64,000 bases of DNA from Octopus sinensis (GCF_006345805.1 NC_043015.1:49972001-50036000); one strand, 5' to 3'; counted from the first letter of the stretch, positions 26,851 to 41,615 are shown. The notes: generated by a model not told the origin, from the sequence alone. Program-made: numbers and translations.

Positions 26851-27016
26851 TAAAGTATAGAAGCCATCTTATCATGGCTAACCACATTGGGGAGGGGGTG
26901 TTACTGTAGCTATAGTAACACCCCCTCCCCAATGTGGTTAGCCATGATAAGATGGCTTCTATACTTTACATTATCGAGCGATTACTGTTTCAATCTCATT
27001 CTGAGATTTAATTATG
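26851..27016. mobile_element. 118-bp palindrome plus ~48-bp tail embedded in (TA)n, copy 1
   Basis: 26851-26968 is self-complementary with one mismatch and no loop; second copy at 45886-46031. Confidence 0.85.
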
Positions 27017-27564
27017 TGTATATATATATATATAATATATATATATATTATATATATATATATACGATGAACTTCCACACAATTTCCATCTACTAAATTC
27101 ACTCACAAGGTATTGGTCAGCCTGGAGCTATAGATGACTTTTGCCCAAGGTGCTGCAGAGTAGGACTGAACCTGAAACCATGTAGTTGTAAACTGGGCTT
27201 CTTAATCACACAGCCATGTTTGTGTCTCATTATACAGACTTACAACATTCTTCACCCATTTAACTCTTCCTACCCTCCTGAATTCACACAAAACTATGAC
27301 TAAAGCTCTGCCAGATGACTGAATTAATTTTTTGTTTTCAGGGGCTTTTTTTTTACTTTTCAAATTTCCAATTTGTTATGTATGTGAAATTGAAACGTGA
27401 ACATTTATAACATTAAAAATAAGAATATCTTTCCAAGTAATTCGATTCCTACACTGAAAAGGAAACAGAAATGTACTAAATTATATATTGTTTGAACTAT
27501 GCTCTCCTATGCAATAATTCAACCAAAATAATAAAACTGTATGTGTGTATGTGTGTGCGTGTAT

Positions 27565-27566
27565 AT

Positions 27567-27602
<36 letters not shown>

Positions 27603-27800
27603 GGCAGGCAGATAGACAGAGAGATAGATAGATAGACAGAGGTAGATAGATAGACAGAGAGATAGATTGATAGACAGAGGCAGATAGATAGACAGAGGCA
27701 GATACATAGACAGAGAGATAGATAGATAGACAGAGAGACAGACAGACAGGCAGACGGACAGACAGACAAACAGACAGATAGATATATAGATAGATAGATA
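27565..27800. repeat. Compound (GATA)n/(GACA)n microsatellite
   Basis: Direct reading. Confidence 0.95.
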
Positions 27801-27928
27801 AAGGGATTGAGTGTGAGAGGAGAGAATTATATTTACATAAATACAAAAGTCAAAAATGTTAGTTATGAGAGTTTTAATAGTTCTAAATATAAATGTATAA
27901 AATCAACAAAAATAACCACACACACACC

Positions 27929-27966
<38 letters not shown>

Positions 27967-28039
27967 AGAGAGATTGCCTGAAGGGAATTCTCTATACTGA
28001 TGACATTATTTATACTACTGCATAAGAAAACAAATTCCA

Positions 28040-28435
28040 GGTGTGGAAGTAAAAACCTTCCTAATGTCTCTACATTCAAGGCCCATGTCTCACTACAATG
28101 CAGATTCACAGCTCTAACACAAGCATCATACAATTTGTCTTCACTCCGAGGGAAAAGACCTTTGTTGCCAACAGCAGTAGAAGCTCCCTGAACCTTTTTC
28201 CAGCTTGCTTATAGCCTGACTACTATACTTCCAGCACCACCACTCTGCTAATTACATCTCCAAGGTAACAAAAGCTATTGACTACTTTTTGTGAGCCATC
28301 CAATCATTTAGAAAAATCTATTCTTAGTCTGCTCATGGTAAGTAGTGGCCCAGTGCAGGTCACACATAAGCTTACTCTTTCAGTTAGCCAGTGCATGATT
28401 CCACTATATCTTGTGTGTCCATAACTTACACTGGA
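28040..28435 (-). pseudogene. RTE-clade LINE fragment; related piece at ~37480-37600
   Basis: YDACVRAVNLHCSETWALN resembles RTE LY..CVR..MLYGSETW. Confidence 0.7.
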
Positions 28436-28823
28436 CATATATGTATACATACACACATATATATACACATATCCAGTCATAATTTCCCACTACCTCCACC
28501 ACCTGTGGCAGAATTCATACTAGCATGAAACAGTTACCTCCAGAGAATGAATCTATGTTATTGGACAAACCTCATGTAAGCTTCATAAGCCATACTCTTC
28601 AGTTGACAGAAGTCAAGATATTCTTTTATTCTTTTACTTGTTTCAGTCATTTGATTGCAGCCATGCTGGGGCACTGCCTTTAGTCAAACAAATCAACCCC
28701 CAGGACCTATTCTTTGTAAGCCTAGTACTTATTCTATCAGTCTCTTTTGCTTAACTGTTAAGTTATGGGGACATAAACACACCAGCATCAGTTGTCAAGC
28801 GATGGTGGGGGACAAACACAAAG

Positions 28824-28876
<53 letters not shown>

Positions 28877-29591
28877 ACGACTGGCTTCTTTCAGTTTCCG
28901 TCTACCAAATCCACTCATTTGGTTGGCCCAAGGCAATAGTAGAAGACACTTTCCCAAGGTGCCACACAGTGGGGCTGAACCCAGAACCATATGGTTGGTA
29001 AGCAAGCTACTTTATAACTACACAATATAATCTAGAACAGGGGTTCTCAACCATTTTTTAAAATTTTTATTGAAGGACTACCTTTAGTCGAGCAAATAGA
29101 CTCCAGGACTTATTCTTTGTAAGCCTAGTACTTATTCTATCGGTTTCTCTTACCGAACCGCTAAGTGATGGGGACGTAAACACACCAGCATCAGTTGTCA
29201 AGCGATGTTGGAAGGACAAACACAGACACACTAACATATACATATATATGGCTTTGGTTGGCCTGAGGCTATAGTAGAAGACACTTGCCTAAGGTGCCAT
29301 GCAGTGGGACTGAACCTGGAACCATGAGGCTGGTAAGTAAGCTACTTACCACACAGCCACTACTGCACCTATGATAGGCTTCTCTCAGTTTTTGTCCACC
29401 AAATCCACTCACAAGGAATTGGTTGCCCTGGTGCTATAGAAAAAAATTTGCCCAAGTTGCAACAGAGTGGGACTGAATACAAGACCACATGGTTGGAAAG
29501 CTAACTTCTAACTACACAGCCATGCCTACACCTATATTATGTTTGTGTCTTATAATTTCTTCATATTTTGAAAGGAACGAAAGTACGTTAA

Positions 29592-29755
29592 CCCTTTAGC
29601 ATTCAGATCACTCTATTAAATGTAATATTTATTCACATTGAGATTATTTTTAGAATGAGGTTGTAGGAAAGGTGCAAGAGGCTGAATCCAGCCAGTTTGA
29701 ACATAAAACAGGTAGAATATTTTAGCCTGATATGACTGGTTTAAAAGCTAAAGGG
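29592..29755. mobile_element. piggyBac-type MITE (ccctttagca TIR family); related copies ~31365-31566, 37070-37290, 50085-50282
   Basis: TTAA|ccctttagc ... gctaaaggg|TTAA. Confidence 0.8.
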
Positions 29756-32139
29756 TTAACTATTTTTACCCAAGAGCAGCCCAAGTTAGAACCTAAAGGA
29801 ACACAAATAAACAGCTATAAAAAGATCTGAAGGGAAATTTACCAACACAAACAGCCGAAATATTGCACAAGCTAACTCAAAAGATCTCATCTTTGGTTTT
29901 GTAATAGAACTATTTTTTGGGGTTTTTTTTAAAATCAATCAAAATAAATTCTTTGTACATGTAAAAGAAACAAATGAATAATAACACCATTCAATTTTAG
30001 TGACATTCGAGGAAAAGAAAAGCATGAACATTGTTCAAAGAAAAAAAAAAGAAAAAAAACAAAACCACCGTTTAATTAAATATATAAATTTCTGTAAGAA
30101 GTTACTAAGTGTTAAAAGCACAAAAAGATCAAACAATTTTGTGAATATAAATTTATTCAACAAGTCAAAAATGGGAAAGTCATGATCAATAAATAAAATT
30201 AAACTTTTACAACTTCCAAATTGAAATGAAAAAGATCAATATTTTATCTAACAAAGGATCATACTTAAAACTATCTTTGTTAAAATAAAAAAACAAAAAT
30301 TGAAAAAAGAAAAAAATAATAACTGGTCAATTATATTTCAGAATTCAAATTACTTTGAAAGTTCATGGTATTTTTGGTATGGTTCACTATAAACAATATC
30401 AATTCTAATATAACTTTTCCATGATGCGTTGAACAAGACTTCACAATGTACTATTTATTCTACAGTTCTGTTGTCTGATGTCCTTTTTTGATGGCAACCT
30501 TTTCTTGTTTTCAAGATACCATATTCTACAATGCCACATACTGTACTGTCAGACTGGTTTAGGTGAGACACAAACAACATTGGTTTCAAATTTTGACACA
30601 AGGCCAGCTATGTCGAGGAGGGGGTAAGTCAATTACATCAATCCCAGTGCTCAACTGGTACTTATTTTATCAACCCTGAAAGCACAAAAGGCAAAGTTGA
30701 CCCCTGCAGCATTTGAACTCAGAACGTAATGACAGATGAAATGATGCTAAGCATCTTGTATGGCAAGGTAACGATCCTGCCAGCTCACCATCTTGAGACG
30801 TAAACAATATTCTTTTCTACTCTAGGCACAAGGCCTGAAATTTTGGGAGAGGTGGGGTCAGTCGGTTAGATCGACCCCAGTATGCAACTGGTACTTAATT
30901 TATCGATCCTGAAAGGATGAAAGCCAAAGTCAACCTCGGAAGAATTTCAACTCAGAATGTAAAGACAGACGAAATACCGCTAAGCTTTTCGCCCGGCATG
31001 CTAACATTTCTGCCAGCTTGCCGCCTTGACATAAGCAATATTACTAAAGCCTAACCAGTGTCGATGCTACCACACATAGAAACAAACACAAACAATGGGC
31101 TTCCATTCTGTTTCCATCCACCAAATTTCACTAACAAAACATCAGTCAACCTAAGGCTGTAGAAGATATCTGCTCAAGATGTCATACAGTGGGATCAAAC
31201 CTAAAACCTCATGGATGCTAAGTCAACTTCTCAACCACAACCATGCACTTCTTAATCACACGACTGTATCTGTACCCTTTGACCTAACAGCTACACCAAG
31301 GAGATGATTGGACTTGATACTTTAAGCTAAGTTTAAATCTCAAGACTTACCCAGTTTACTAGTTTAACTCTATAACATTCAAATATTCTACCAGCTTTAT
31401 GCACAATCTGGTCAGATCCAGCCTCTCACACCTACTCTACAATGTCATTCTAAAAATAAACAATCATATCAATGAAATCTCAAAGCTACGAGATAATGCA
31501 TGATTAAATGAAAACTGAATAAGTAAGCATTACATTTGACATGAGTAATCTAAACACTAAACAGTTAACACCAATATCTGACATTTGGAGTCCATTTGGT
31601 TGCAAGAAAAATGTGCTTTTTTCCTTACAACAGAAACTTAATGATCACAGCAGTAAGTTAAGGTTCATAGTTTCTTCTTTTCCCATCACCAGACTAAGAG
31701 GCCCTCATCATCATAGTCAACATTTAACATCCATTTTCCATGCTGGCCTGAGTTGGATGGTTTGACAGGATCCAACTCATCAGAGCTATGTCAAGCTCCA
31801 GTGTCAGCTTTGGCATGGTCTCAATGGCTGGATGCCCTTCCTAATACCAACCACTTTATAGTGTGTACTGAGTGCTTTTTTCATGATGCCAGCATTAGTG
31901 AGGTCACTAAGAAATTTGCAAAACAAAAGTAAAAAAGAAAAGAAAAGAAAAAGCCCTCTCAACTGAGTGGGAATGTGTTTGATAGAGAGGGGTGTGGCTT
32001 TATGCCAGATGTTGATGACTAAAGTATGATAGAGAGGCTAGCACAAGTATGTTGCTGTAGAGGAGATACATGGATCCACCACCATTATGCAAAGATGGGT
32101 GAAAACAGCTGGAAGGGAGATAAAGATGGTGGTTACAGG

Positions 32140-32390
32140 ATGCCAGGGTATAGCTCTATCTGCGACAATTTCATCTCAATTGAAGGAGAGGGGCTTTCTC
32201 CGTCTGGGTTGCGGATCCGTGGAATAAGCTGCCGGACGAGATAGTGAAGATGCCGACGACCGCTCGGTTCAAAGTCTCTCTTGACCAGAAATGGCCTGAA
32301 CTCTTTGCATGAACACCCTCCCTGTACATAACTCCATGTCCCCCTACATGGCCTTGCTTTTGCTTTTTGAGCCAAAAAATTAACTTAACA
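32140..32390 (+). mobile_element. CR1/L2-clade LINE 3' end (5'-truncated)
   Basis: RRGAFSVWVADPWNKLPDEIVKMPTTARFKVSLD matches the CR1 C-terminal FS.RV...WN.LP..V......FK..LD; short 3'UTR and taac-repeat tail. Confidence 0.8.
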
Positions 32391-33232
32391 CTCAAAGTAC
32401 ATGAAGGTGAGTATGAGAGAGAATATGGACTGAGAAACAAGAGGGAAAGGAAGAGTCAGTGGTTTCATAAGCGGGTGAGAGGAGAGTGATAGATGGTTAC
32501 AGACTGGGTTCTGATAAGATATAAAAATAAAAATGGCTCCAACAAAACTGATTCCTAAACGCTATTGTACTTACTATGTTGCAAACACAACAACAAACCC
32601 TCACCCCCGGCATTTTTTTAAAGTACTCTCTTCCTTTATGTACATGTATGTGACTGAAGAACAAACACACGTGACAACCAATCCCCTCAATGAAATTCAC
32701 AAACAGAATGCGGCATACAAAATTAACAATGCAATTTAAGTTACTTAATACTTTGTTAAAAAGCACATTGAAAATTTATTCTGGTGTATCAGATGTTTAT
32801 AATTATTAAGCAGTTGTTTCCATACTAAAAATAGAAAACATAAGCTCGAAAAGGTAAAAATACGTTTAAGGACAGGAAACCACAAGGATATCCATTAAGA
32901 GCTTTTAAAACAAGAGCAACAATAAAAACACTTATCTATTAAAAACATAATGCTGGGTTTAGCCAAATTTCAGAAACCCAAACATTCAATAGAACAACAA
33001 ATAATTATAAGATAAGGCACTGGCATGTATGGTCAATAAGGTTGCTCCTTGACCATTTGGTTTCAGGTTCAATCCCAGTTCATGGCACCTAGGGTAAGTG
33101 CCTTCTACTATAACCCCAGGCCATGGAAACTGAAAGCAGCTCATTATATACATATGTATGTATGTCTGTATGTATACTTACTTACTTGGAAATAGATGTG
33201 GCGTTCAATTAAATAATAATATAAATAATAAA

Positions 33233-33600
33233 TCATCATCATCGTTTAACGTCCGCTTTTCATGCTAGCATGGATTGGATGGTTTGACTGAGGTCAAACC
33301 ATATGGCTGCACCAGACTCCAATCTTGATCTGGTAGAGTTTCTACAGCTGGATGCCCTTCCTAATGCCAACCACTCCGAGAGTGTAGTGAGATCTTTTAC
33401 ATGCCACCGGCATGAGGGCCAGTCAGGCAGTACTGGCAATGACCTTGCTCGAATGTTTTTACACAAGTGCCAGTAAAGCGATGCAGGTAACGATCACGCT
33501 CAAATGGTGCTTTTTATGTGCCATCAGCATGGAGGCTAGCTTGTTGCTCTGGCAACAATCACGCTTGTATGGTACTCTTAGTGCTCTACTAGCACAAATG
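33233..33600 (-). mobile_element. Abundant dispersed repeat, family C ((GAT)n tail, aggaagggcatccagc core, internal VNTR); other copies ~3240-3530, 8485-8700, 10945-11400, 13220-13395, 20550-20890, 35490-35705, 36435-36810, 40510-40750, 42403-42655, 43670-44140, 47430-47622, 53440-53605, 61915-62070
   Basis: Same sequence recurs more than 12 times in both orientations. Confidence 0.85.
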
Positions 33601-33612
33601 CCAGTCATCAAA

Positions 33613-34285
33613 TATATGGGTACAGGATGTCACCAACTGTGTAAACAACATGAAGTACGAAAACAAAGAGTTAAATACACAAACAAGAGTAAAAATGGAA
33701 AGCAGGACAAGTAAACAAAGAGAACAAACTTCATCAGTTGTAGGCTGTCTATCTACTCCTCATTTCAAGCATTCAATGACAATGAGTCTTCTCTATATGG
33801 TTTTCTTCCCCCATCCTTCTCTAATTCCCTTTTTCTCCTCTTCGCTGTTTTCTATCTTTCTCTCTCTCTTCCTTTCTCTTTTTCTCTCTCTCATGTTGCT
33901 CACATGACCATCGTCTATCTTTCTTTTCCTGCACGGCGTTCTAAGGACTGGATGTTTTCTTTCTCTTTTCAAAGAAAATATTTCTCCCAGCATTCACTAT
34001 TTTCTTCTCATTCTGGTCCAACGACCCTCCATGTTTGTTTTCGTTTGGTTTCCTTATATGCCTCCACTGTCCTGTTTTTGTTCCAAACTTTGACCCTCCA
34101 TAAATCTGAAGACTCATATTGACATTGAATGTTCAAAATGAGGAGTAGACAGGCAGCCAACAACTGATGAAGAGCCATTCTCTGTGTTGTCCTTTTTCCA
34201 TTTTTTTCTCTCATTTGCGTATTTAAATTTTTTGTTTTTGTACTTCATGTTGTTTACTCAGTTGATGACATCCTGTACCCATACA
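33613..34285. repeat. Diverged inverted pair (33613-33791 / 34108-34285) of a Penelope-like terminal sequence
   Basis: tatgggtacaggatgtca...cttcatcagttg...gagtcttc recurs as its reverse complement; same family at 7725-7915. Confidence 0.75.
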
Positions 34286-34309
34286 TGCATATATTATATA
34301 TATATATAT

Positions 34310-34572
34310 CATCATCATGGCTTGGCTTCGCGAACAAAGATCAGGAAGGCTGTCCACATCGCGTGCATGCACGCTCATGACTGACAAGTCCGATATGGGG
34401 AAAGGCAGGTCCATGAGCAGTGTCCACAGATGAAGGTAACATCCAGTGTGGTGTCAGAGGCGGCTCGCGCCTTCCTCCTGCGTCTCTTGTCTTTAAGTGC
34501 ATCTCTTTGTTCCTCAAACTTGCTGACTGTGTTGAAGATCGTTTGGCAACAGACATCACTGTCCGCAGTCAT
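34310..34572 (-). mobile_element. RTE-clade LINE 3' end with C-terminal zinc-finger remnant
   Basis: FEEQRDALKDKRRRRKARA...FICGHCSWTCLS + HIGLVSHERAC (frameshifted); (atg)n tail into (TA)n. Confidence 0.8.
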
Positions 34573-37500
34573 TAAATAAAAAAATATACCTAGCATTGAA
34601 TTTATTTTACCTGAATTTGTTTTACCATTTTCAAGAATAAAAGAATATGGTCCTTCCTAAAAGGCTTCTGCCATTCCCATCAAGTAAATTTTACCAACAA
34701 TGCTTTCATCAACTCTAAGCTAAGTGTAGAAGCCACTTGTCTAAGGGGCCATGAAGCAGCATTGAACCTGAAATCTCATGATTGTAAAGAGAACTTCTTG
34801 ACTACATAGTATACATGTGGCAGAGGAAGGTAACTTCTTTTTGTCTTTCAAGTCCTACATCATGAATATGAGATTAAATCTGAGAAAATAGAAATCAATA
34901 TGGTCAAGGATTGATTGAAGGATTCAACTTTTAATACTACTTCATGTGTGTGTGTGTGTGTGTGGTTAGGGTGTTGCCCTTACAATTGAAAGGTCGCAGT
35001 TTCAATTGTGTTCTTGAGCAAAATACTTTAGATTACTCCAGCTCCTTCAGCTGTAAACGGGTAGCCCTGCAACAGGCTGACGTTCTGTTCAGCGGTGAGC
35101 TGGCAGAAACGTTAGCACTCCGGGCGAAATGCTTAGCAGTATTTCGTCTGCCACTACGTTCTGAGTTCAAATTCCGCCGTGGTCGACTTTGCCTTTCATC
35201 CTTTCGGGTTGATAAATTAAGTACCAGTTACGCACTGGGGTCGATATAATCGAATTAATCCGTTTGTCTGTCCTTGTTTGTCCTCTCTGTGTTTAGCCCC
35301 TTGTGGGTAGTAAAGAAATAAGTAATGTCGGCCTGCCCACCTAGCCAACAGGGTGAAATCACTTGAAAGCTACAACATTGCAAGGAAGCGCATTGTGACC
35401 AGTGGTGGATAACCACATCTGATAGTCAGATTGATGCAGTGATATATATACAACTTTTAGCATCACATTATATATATAAAACTTTTAATGTGGTGCCGGT
35501 GCCACATAAAATGCACCCGTGCCAGTGGCACATAAAAATCACCCAGCACACACTGTAAAGTGGTTGGCGTTAGGAAGGGCATCCAAATGTAGAAACCATG
35601 TCACAACAGACAACTGGAGTCCAGACAGTTCCTCAGCTTGCCAGCTCCTGTCGAACTGTCCAACCCATGCCAGCATGAAAAACAGATGTATGATGATGAT
35701 GATTACATCATATGTAAATTGATACTACCTCAAGTCAAAATAAAATCACAACATGCACTGTTCTTTTCTACTCTCAACATTTTTCACTGTTTTGCATCTG
35801 TTTCCCTAATTTAGCAGCAAAAGCAGGATGGGTTTGAGAAAACTGGGTGCTTCACAAACCACTTGACAATGGGATTATAATAGTAAATCCATTTGGCAGC
35901 TGACCCTGACTAAAGCAAGAAGAACAATGTGCTTTCTCCAGTGTCAGAGCAAAATCAGCAGAAATGTAGTTTGAAGATAAGTCAATTTGCTCAACAACCT
36001 GCAACTTGACCTCACAACCTTCATGACTCTCTAAAAATAATTATTCAAGTTCATGAAAAGGACTTTGATAAGTTGTCCATTCACCAAATAATAAAGTGAT
36101 AATGTTAGTACTACTACTACTTGACAATACTTATCATTTGAATATATATTACATAGTTTATATTGAGTCAATCACTTTCAACTATAAGCTGAGATAATAT
36201 AAATATACATAGATATCGCATTTACCTTCTTTTAGAGCCATTCATTAATAGAATTAAGGAAAATAGATAATTGAAATTGAAAGGGAGGCATGACTAGCGA
36301 GATAAATCTAGAATAATATAGCTGATAAACAATTATGTAGGTATATTTAGGATTTTGAAATGTAAACAGAACTGCTTAGATTTCAAATAAAATAATCAGA
36401 TAATCTCACATTTATAACTTTTTTGGTTTTATAGCCACCTGACTGGTCCCATGCTGTTGGCATGTAAAAAGCATTATTTGAGTATGATCATTGCCAGTGT
36501 CACATAAAAAGCACCATTCAAGTGTGGCTGATGCCAGTGCTCCCTGATTGGTTCCCATGCCGGTGGCATGTAAAAAGCACCATTCAAGCGTGGTCGATAC
36601 CAGTACCACGTGACTGGCCCTCATGCTGGCGTCATGTAAAAAGCACCCACTACACTCTCAGAGTGGTTGGCATTAGGAAGACATCCAGTGTAGAAACTTT
36701 GCCAGATCAGACTGGAGCCTGGTGCAGCCTTCTGGCTTCCTAGCCCTCAGTCAAACTGTCCAACCCATGCCAGCATGGAAAGCAGAGACGTTAAACAACA
36801 ATGATGATGAAATTAATTGCCTCATAGTGTATGACAGCTTTGTGAATTTGGTTCTCGACACTAGATATGATTGGATGTTTAATTTTTATAATACTGCAGC
36901 GTTTGTTACCCTCTCTTTCCAGCTTATTCTGCCCAGTCTGTAAAAGATCCCAAGTCAAAGATATCTATCTTCTTTTCTATTGCTCTATACAGCATCTGAG
37001 TTTCTACCCTGTAGATGACAACTGACAATAAATATAACAGGAAGTGAGGTGAGGAAGAAAGCAAAATGCTTAACCATTTAGCATTTAAACAGGCCCATAT
37101 ATTCTAGCTGTTTTATGTTGAAATTGGCCAGATCAGATCTCTCTCTCACCTACCCTACAATGTCATCCTGAAAATACACAATCACATCATCAAAATCTCA
37201 AAGCTACAAGATAATTCAGGACTAATTCAAAACAATGTGAATAAATAAGTATTGCATTTGACACATTAAGCTGAATGCTAAAGGGTTACAAGAATCTAAA
37301 TCTGCACATCATCTTTTAATGTTCATCTTCTATGCTGGCATGATTTGGATGGTTTGACAGGATCTTATAGGTCTGAGGACAGTATCATGCTCCAATGTCA
37401 GCTTTGGCATGGTTCTTACTTCGATTTTCATGCACATTGATGTTGCATGTCCAATGGAGCATGCTAGCTAGAGCCTTTGTAAATCTGCATTCAGCACCAA

Positions 37501-40500
37501 CGTCTCACTATTACACAGCCCAGCTGTTTGCACACAAGCATCATACAATGTCTTTCACCCTGAGAGAGAAGCCTACAGAACTGAAGAGAACTCAACCTGG
37601 TTAACTTCAGTGTGATATTCTATCAAGACTACAGTTGATGAAGAGTTAAACAAGCTGAAAAGAGACATGGTATGCAAGGTGAATTATGCTGAAGAATAAA
37701 GAAATAGTATCCGAGGTGATATAGGATTGATTTTTTTTTTGTCTGTTTGAGCATACATTTGAAGGATCAATAAACAAAAGTCAAATATTTACTAAGATAG
37801 ATTGGGAATATAAACATCTAGAAATGGAAGTTAGTGATGAAATGAAAACACTACACAAGAGTGGTGTATTTGTTTCACTGTGACGTAGCATTGACACACT
37901 ATTCCCAGCAACGTATGTTACTGTAAGTAACAAATCTACTAAATAAAAATGTTAATCGTTATATTCTTCAAACTGGCTATGAAAAAAAGGGCCATGGAAG
38001 GATCTATGTTAGCATATTGGAAAGGCAGTACTTTGAAAACAGAGCAGAGCGAACAATGTGATCCCAGTATATAGAAAGCACAAGTTCTGTTGGGTCAAAT
38101 ATGTCATAAGACTCAAGGACAAATAGGTAGATCATAACAGTTACTGAGTGATATCGAAGTGATCAGAAGAGATCACTCAATAGACCTCCAAAACAACAGG
38201 AAGAAGTTATACTTAAACAATTAGGGACCAAATGGAAGAGAGAGGTATCGTTAAAGGAAGAATGAAGTGCACTGTGACCAGCAATGTATGATATCTGATA
38301 GCTTGATTGGAAAAATCTTCTTCAGAAAAAACTCCTGTTTTTAGTGATAAAGAAAGGTTCCTAAAAAGCTGATTCCCATGACAACTTCACCAAAAATACA
38401 TGTATTATCATATACAAGAATGACAATATTTTTCCTACAAATGTTATGTCTCTGGAACAAAGTCTGAAGAGAACTAAGGAAAATAATTTTATTTTAGTCT
38501 CATAAAGAGATAACCTGCCTATCATGGACATAAATATCTGAAGTGAAACAAATACATAATTTAGAAGATATTATTTTTTTAAATATCTTTCAATCATATA
38601 TTTTCCATCATTTCAAATAGGTTCTATTTGAAATCTGAACTACCATTTCCCCACTTCTTTATCCAGTTGTCAACAAATACAAGAAAATTACTTGATTTTT
38701 CAGGAATGTAGTGTGGTTAAGAAATTCCCATCTTAACCACATGGTTTCATGTTCAATCTCATGTCATGGCACAATGGACAAAGTCCCTAGCTAACCAACA
38801 CTTCTGAGTGGATATAATAGATGGAAACCAAAAGAAATCCATCACACATACATGCATGCATGTGACAGTGTCTTTTTGCACAATAGTTGCAAACAAGCAT
38901 CACCACAATCTAAGTGGTGTCATTCATTCCCAAACTTCCACAAAAACATGTCCAGCCATAGAGAAATATTACCTAGCTTAGAAACATGTAGAAGCTGGCA
39001 ACAGGAAGGGTATTTGGTAGTAGAATATCAGCCTGAATGAATTTGGTCAGCTCAATGGAAGTCAATGTTATGATGATGACATATAAACTAGATGATCACA
39101 TGTGGCTAGTCAGTTCAAAAGACCACTTCACAAAGCGCTGCACAGCACCATTGGCAAGTGTCTTCTATCATAATCTCAGGCTGCCTTGTGAATGAAATTT
39201 ACTACATGAAAATTGTGCAATGGCCATTCATTATGAATTACATGTGTGAGCTTTGCAAGACAAAAAATCAGAAAAAAAAATTGCACTTTTTGAATGCTAT
39301 CAATTACGATGTTTGTTCTGCAGTGAGTTTCAGATACTTCCTAATACTAATCCCTCTCAGAAATGCACCGAACCAATGATAGATCCACTGGAAACCTGTA
39401 GCTAACAACACTGTTGTTCACCAACTGTGATGTAAGATTAATAAAACACATAACCCAACTTCCTGCTGATACCAGTGGCCACACTCACAGCAGCTGAAAC
39501 AAGCATCAATTTTTCAGTACCGTCTCCACTTACAATGGTAAGAGTTCACCTACCCATTGTTATATGAATTCACAATTAAGCTATTTGGAAGCTAAGTGCT
39601 TCTTCTGACCGGAGATATAATGCAGTGACACTTGTAGTAAGTTTGCTTCCCAACCACATTACTCCAGGTTCAGCCACATTGTATGGCACCTTGGACAAGT
39701 GCCTACTACAGCTCCAGACCAACCAAAGCCTTGTGAGCAGATCTGAGAGATGACAAACTGAAAGAAGCCCAGTGTGTGTGTGTAAAGCTTGCTTCCCAAC
39801 CACATGTTTCCAGGTTCAGTCCCACTGCATGACACTTTGGGCAAGTGTCTTCTACTAAAGTCTCAGGTTGACCAAAGCCTTGTGAGTGAATTTGGTCAAT
39901 AGAAACCGAAAAAAGCCCGTTGTATATATGTTTGTCTCTGTGTTTGTCACTTACCACCATCTGACAACTGGTGTTGGTTTGTTTACATTCCCATAGCTTA
40001 GCAGTTTACCAAAAAAAAAAACTGACAGAAAAAGTACCAGACTTTAAAAGTAAGTACTGTGATTGACTTGTTCAATTAAAACCCTTCAAGACAGTACCCC
40101 AGCATGACCACAGTCCAATGATTGAAATAAGCAAAAGGCACCATAAAAAATTCAGGTATTCTTCTTCTTTTCGGATGGCCATACATTCTGGCTGTAGTAA
40201 GGGTCTGCCACAGATGAAACTGAATATATAGAGAGGAGCAAGTGCCAACGGCAAATCTTGAGAGCAAAAGAACCAGACTGGAAAAAACATTTTTTAAATA
40301 AAACTAAAAAGAATAAGTGAGGGACAAAAATGGTTTCTGACTTAGGTACAAGACCAGTAATTTTGAGAGGAGGGTGAAGTCAATCACATCAACCACAACA
40401 CAGAGCTCAACTAGTACTTATTTCATCAACCCTAAAGGAATGAAAGACAAAGCTGACCTCAGTAGAAGTTGAACACAGAGCATAAAGAGTCGAAAGAAGA

Positions 40501-41615
40501 CACCAACACCATCATTTTACATCTGTTGTCCATGCTGGCATGGTGGACTAGACGGTGTGACAGGAGCTGGTCAGCTGAAGAGTTGCCCAGGTTCCATGTC
40601 TGTTTTGGCATGGTTTCTACGGCTGGATGCCCTTCCTAATGCTAACCACTTTACAGTGTGCTGGGTGCTTTTACACACCACTGGCAGGGGTGTGTTTACA
40701 TGGCAGCAGTACAGGTACTTTTTATGTGGCACTAGCACCTACAAGCCTGCAAGATTAGGAATGCTCAGCCGAAGAGGGAATCAGGCGGCAAGCCCATATG
40801 CAAAAACAATGATGCTTTTACTTAGCTTGATATAAAAACATGGTTGTCCTCGCATACATATATACCACTTTATTCATATATATATTAAAAAAATGTGGTA
40901 TTTCACTCACATTTTATTTCTTTATTGTTTATCTTTTTGTGTCAATCACTGGACTGCAGCCATGCTGGAGCAAGCTATCCAATATTTTTTTTTTATTGTT
41001 TATATGCAACTATCCAATGTTGTTCACTTCAGCATTTACAAAACAGTAATTTATTCTTTAAATGATTCTAGTTTTAACAATAAATTCTTAACCACTGATA
41101 TCCATTCCTTTCACAAATCAGCTATTGATCTCACATAGCCTATCTGTAATCAATGTTTCTATAAAAATTTAATAGCTCCCACTATCCTGTTCTAATCCAT
41201 AGCCGCTAAGTTTTCTCTGAAGCTCTCAACACACCTCAATATTTTTCCAATGGTTTTCCAAGGAATGTATACATCATCATATAACGTCCACGTTCACATG
41301 CTTGATTTCAGCACCTTGGGCAAATGTCTTCTATAATAGCCCCAGGGCCAACCAAAATCTTGTGTATAGATTTGGTAGTCAGAAACTCACTAAGACTAAA
41401 TGGTTGGGAAGCAAGCTTCTTAACCTCATGGCCATGCTCGCACCTATTATGTAATATAAATCTCTACAATAAAGCCATAAAGTTTCCTGCTCATACTCAA
41501 GGTTACAACTTCATATTATAGAATGATATATAAATTTTAACATACATTTACAAATATATTAAAAACAAAACAACAACTGACAAAGCAGTATTAAACAAGA
41601 TAAACCAATATTTAC

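Noticed and set aside
27481-27846. Leu/Ser/Tyr-rich ORFs
   Set aside because: Translation of the (GATA/GACA)n microsatellite
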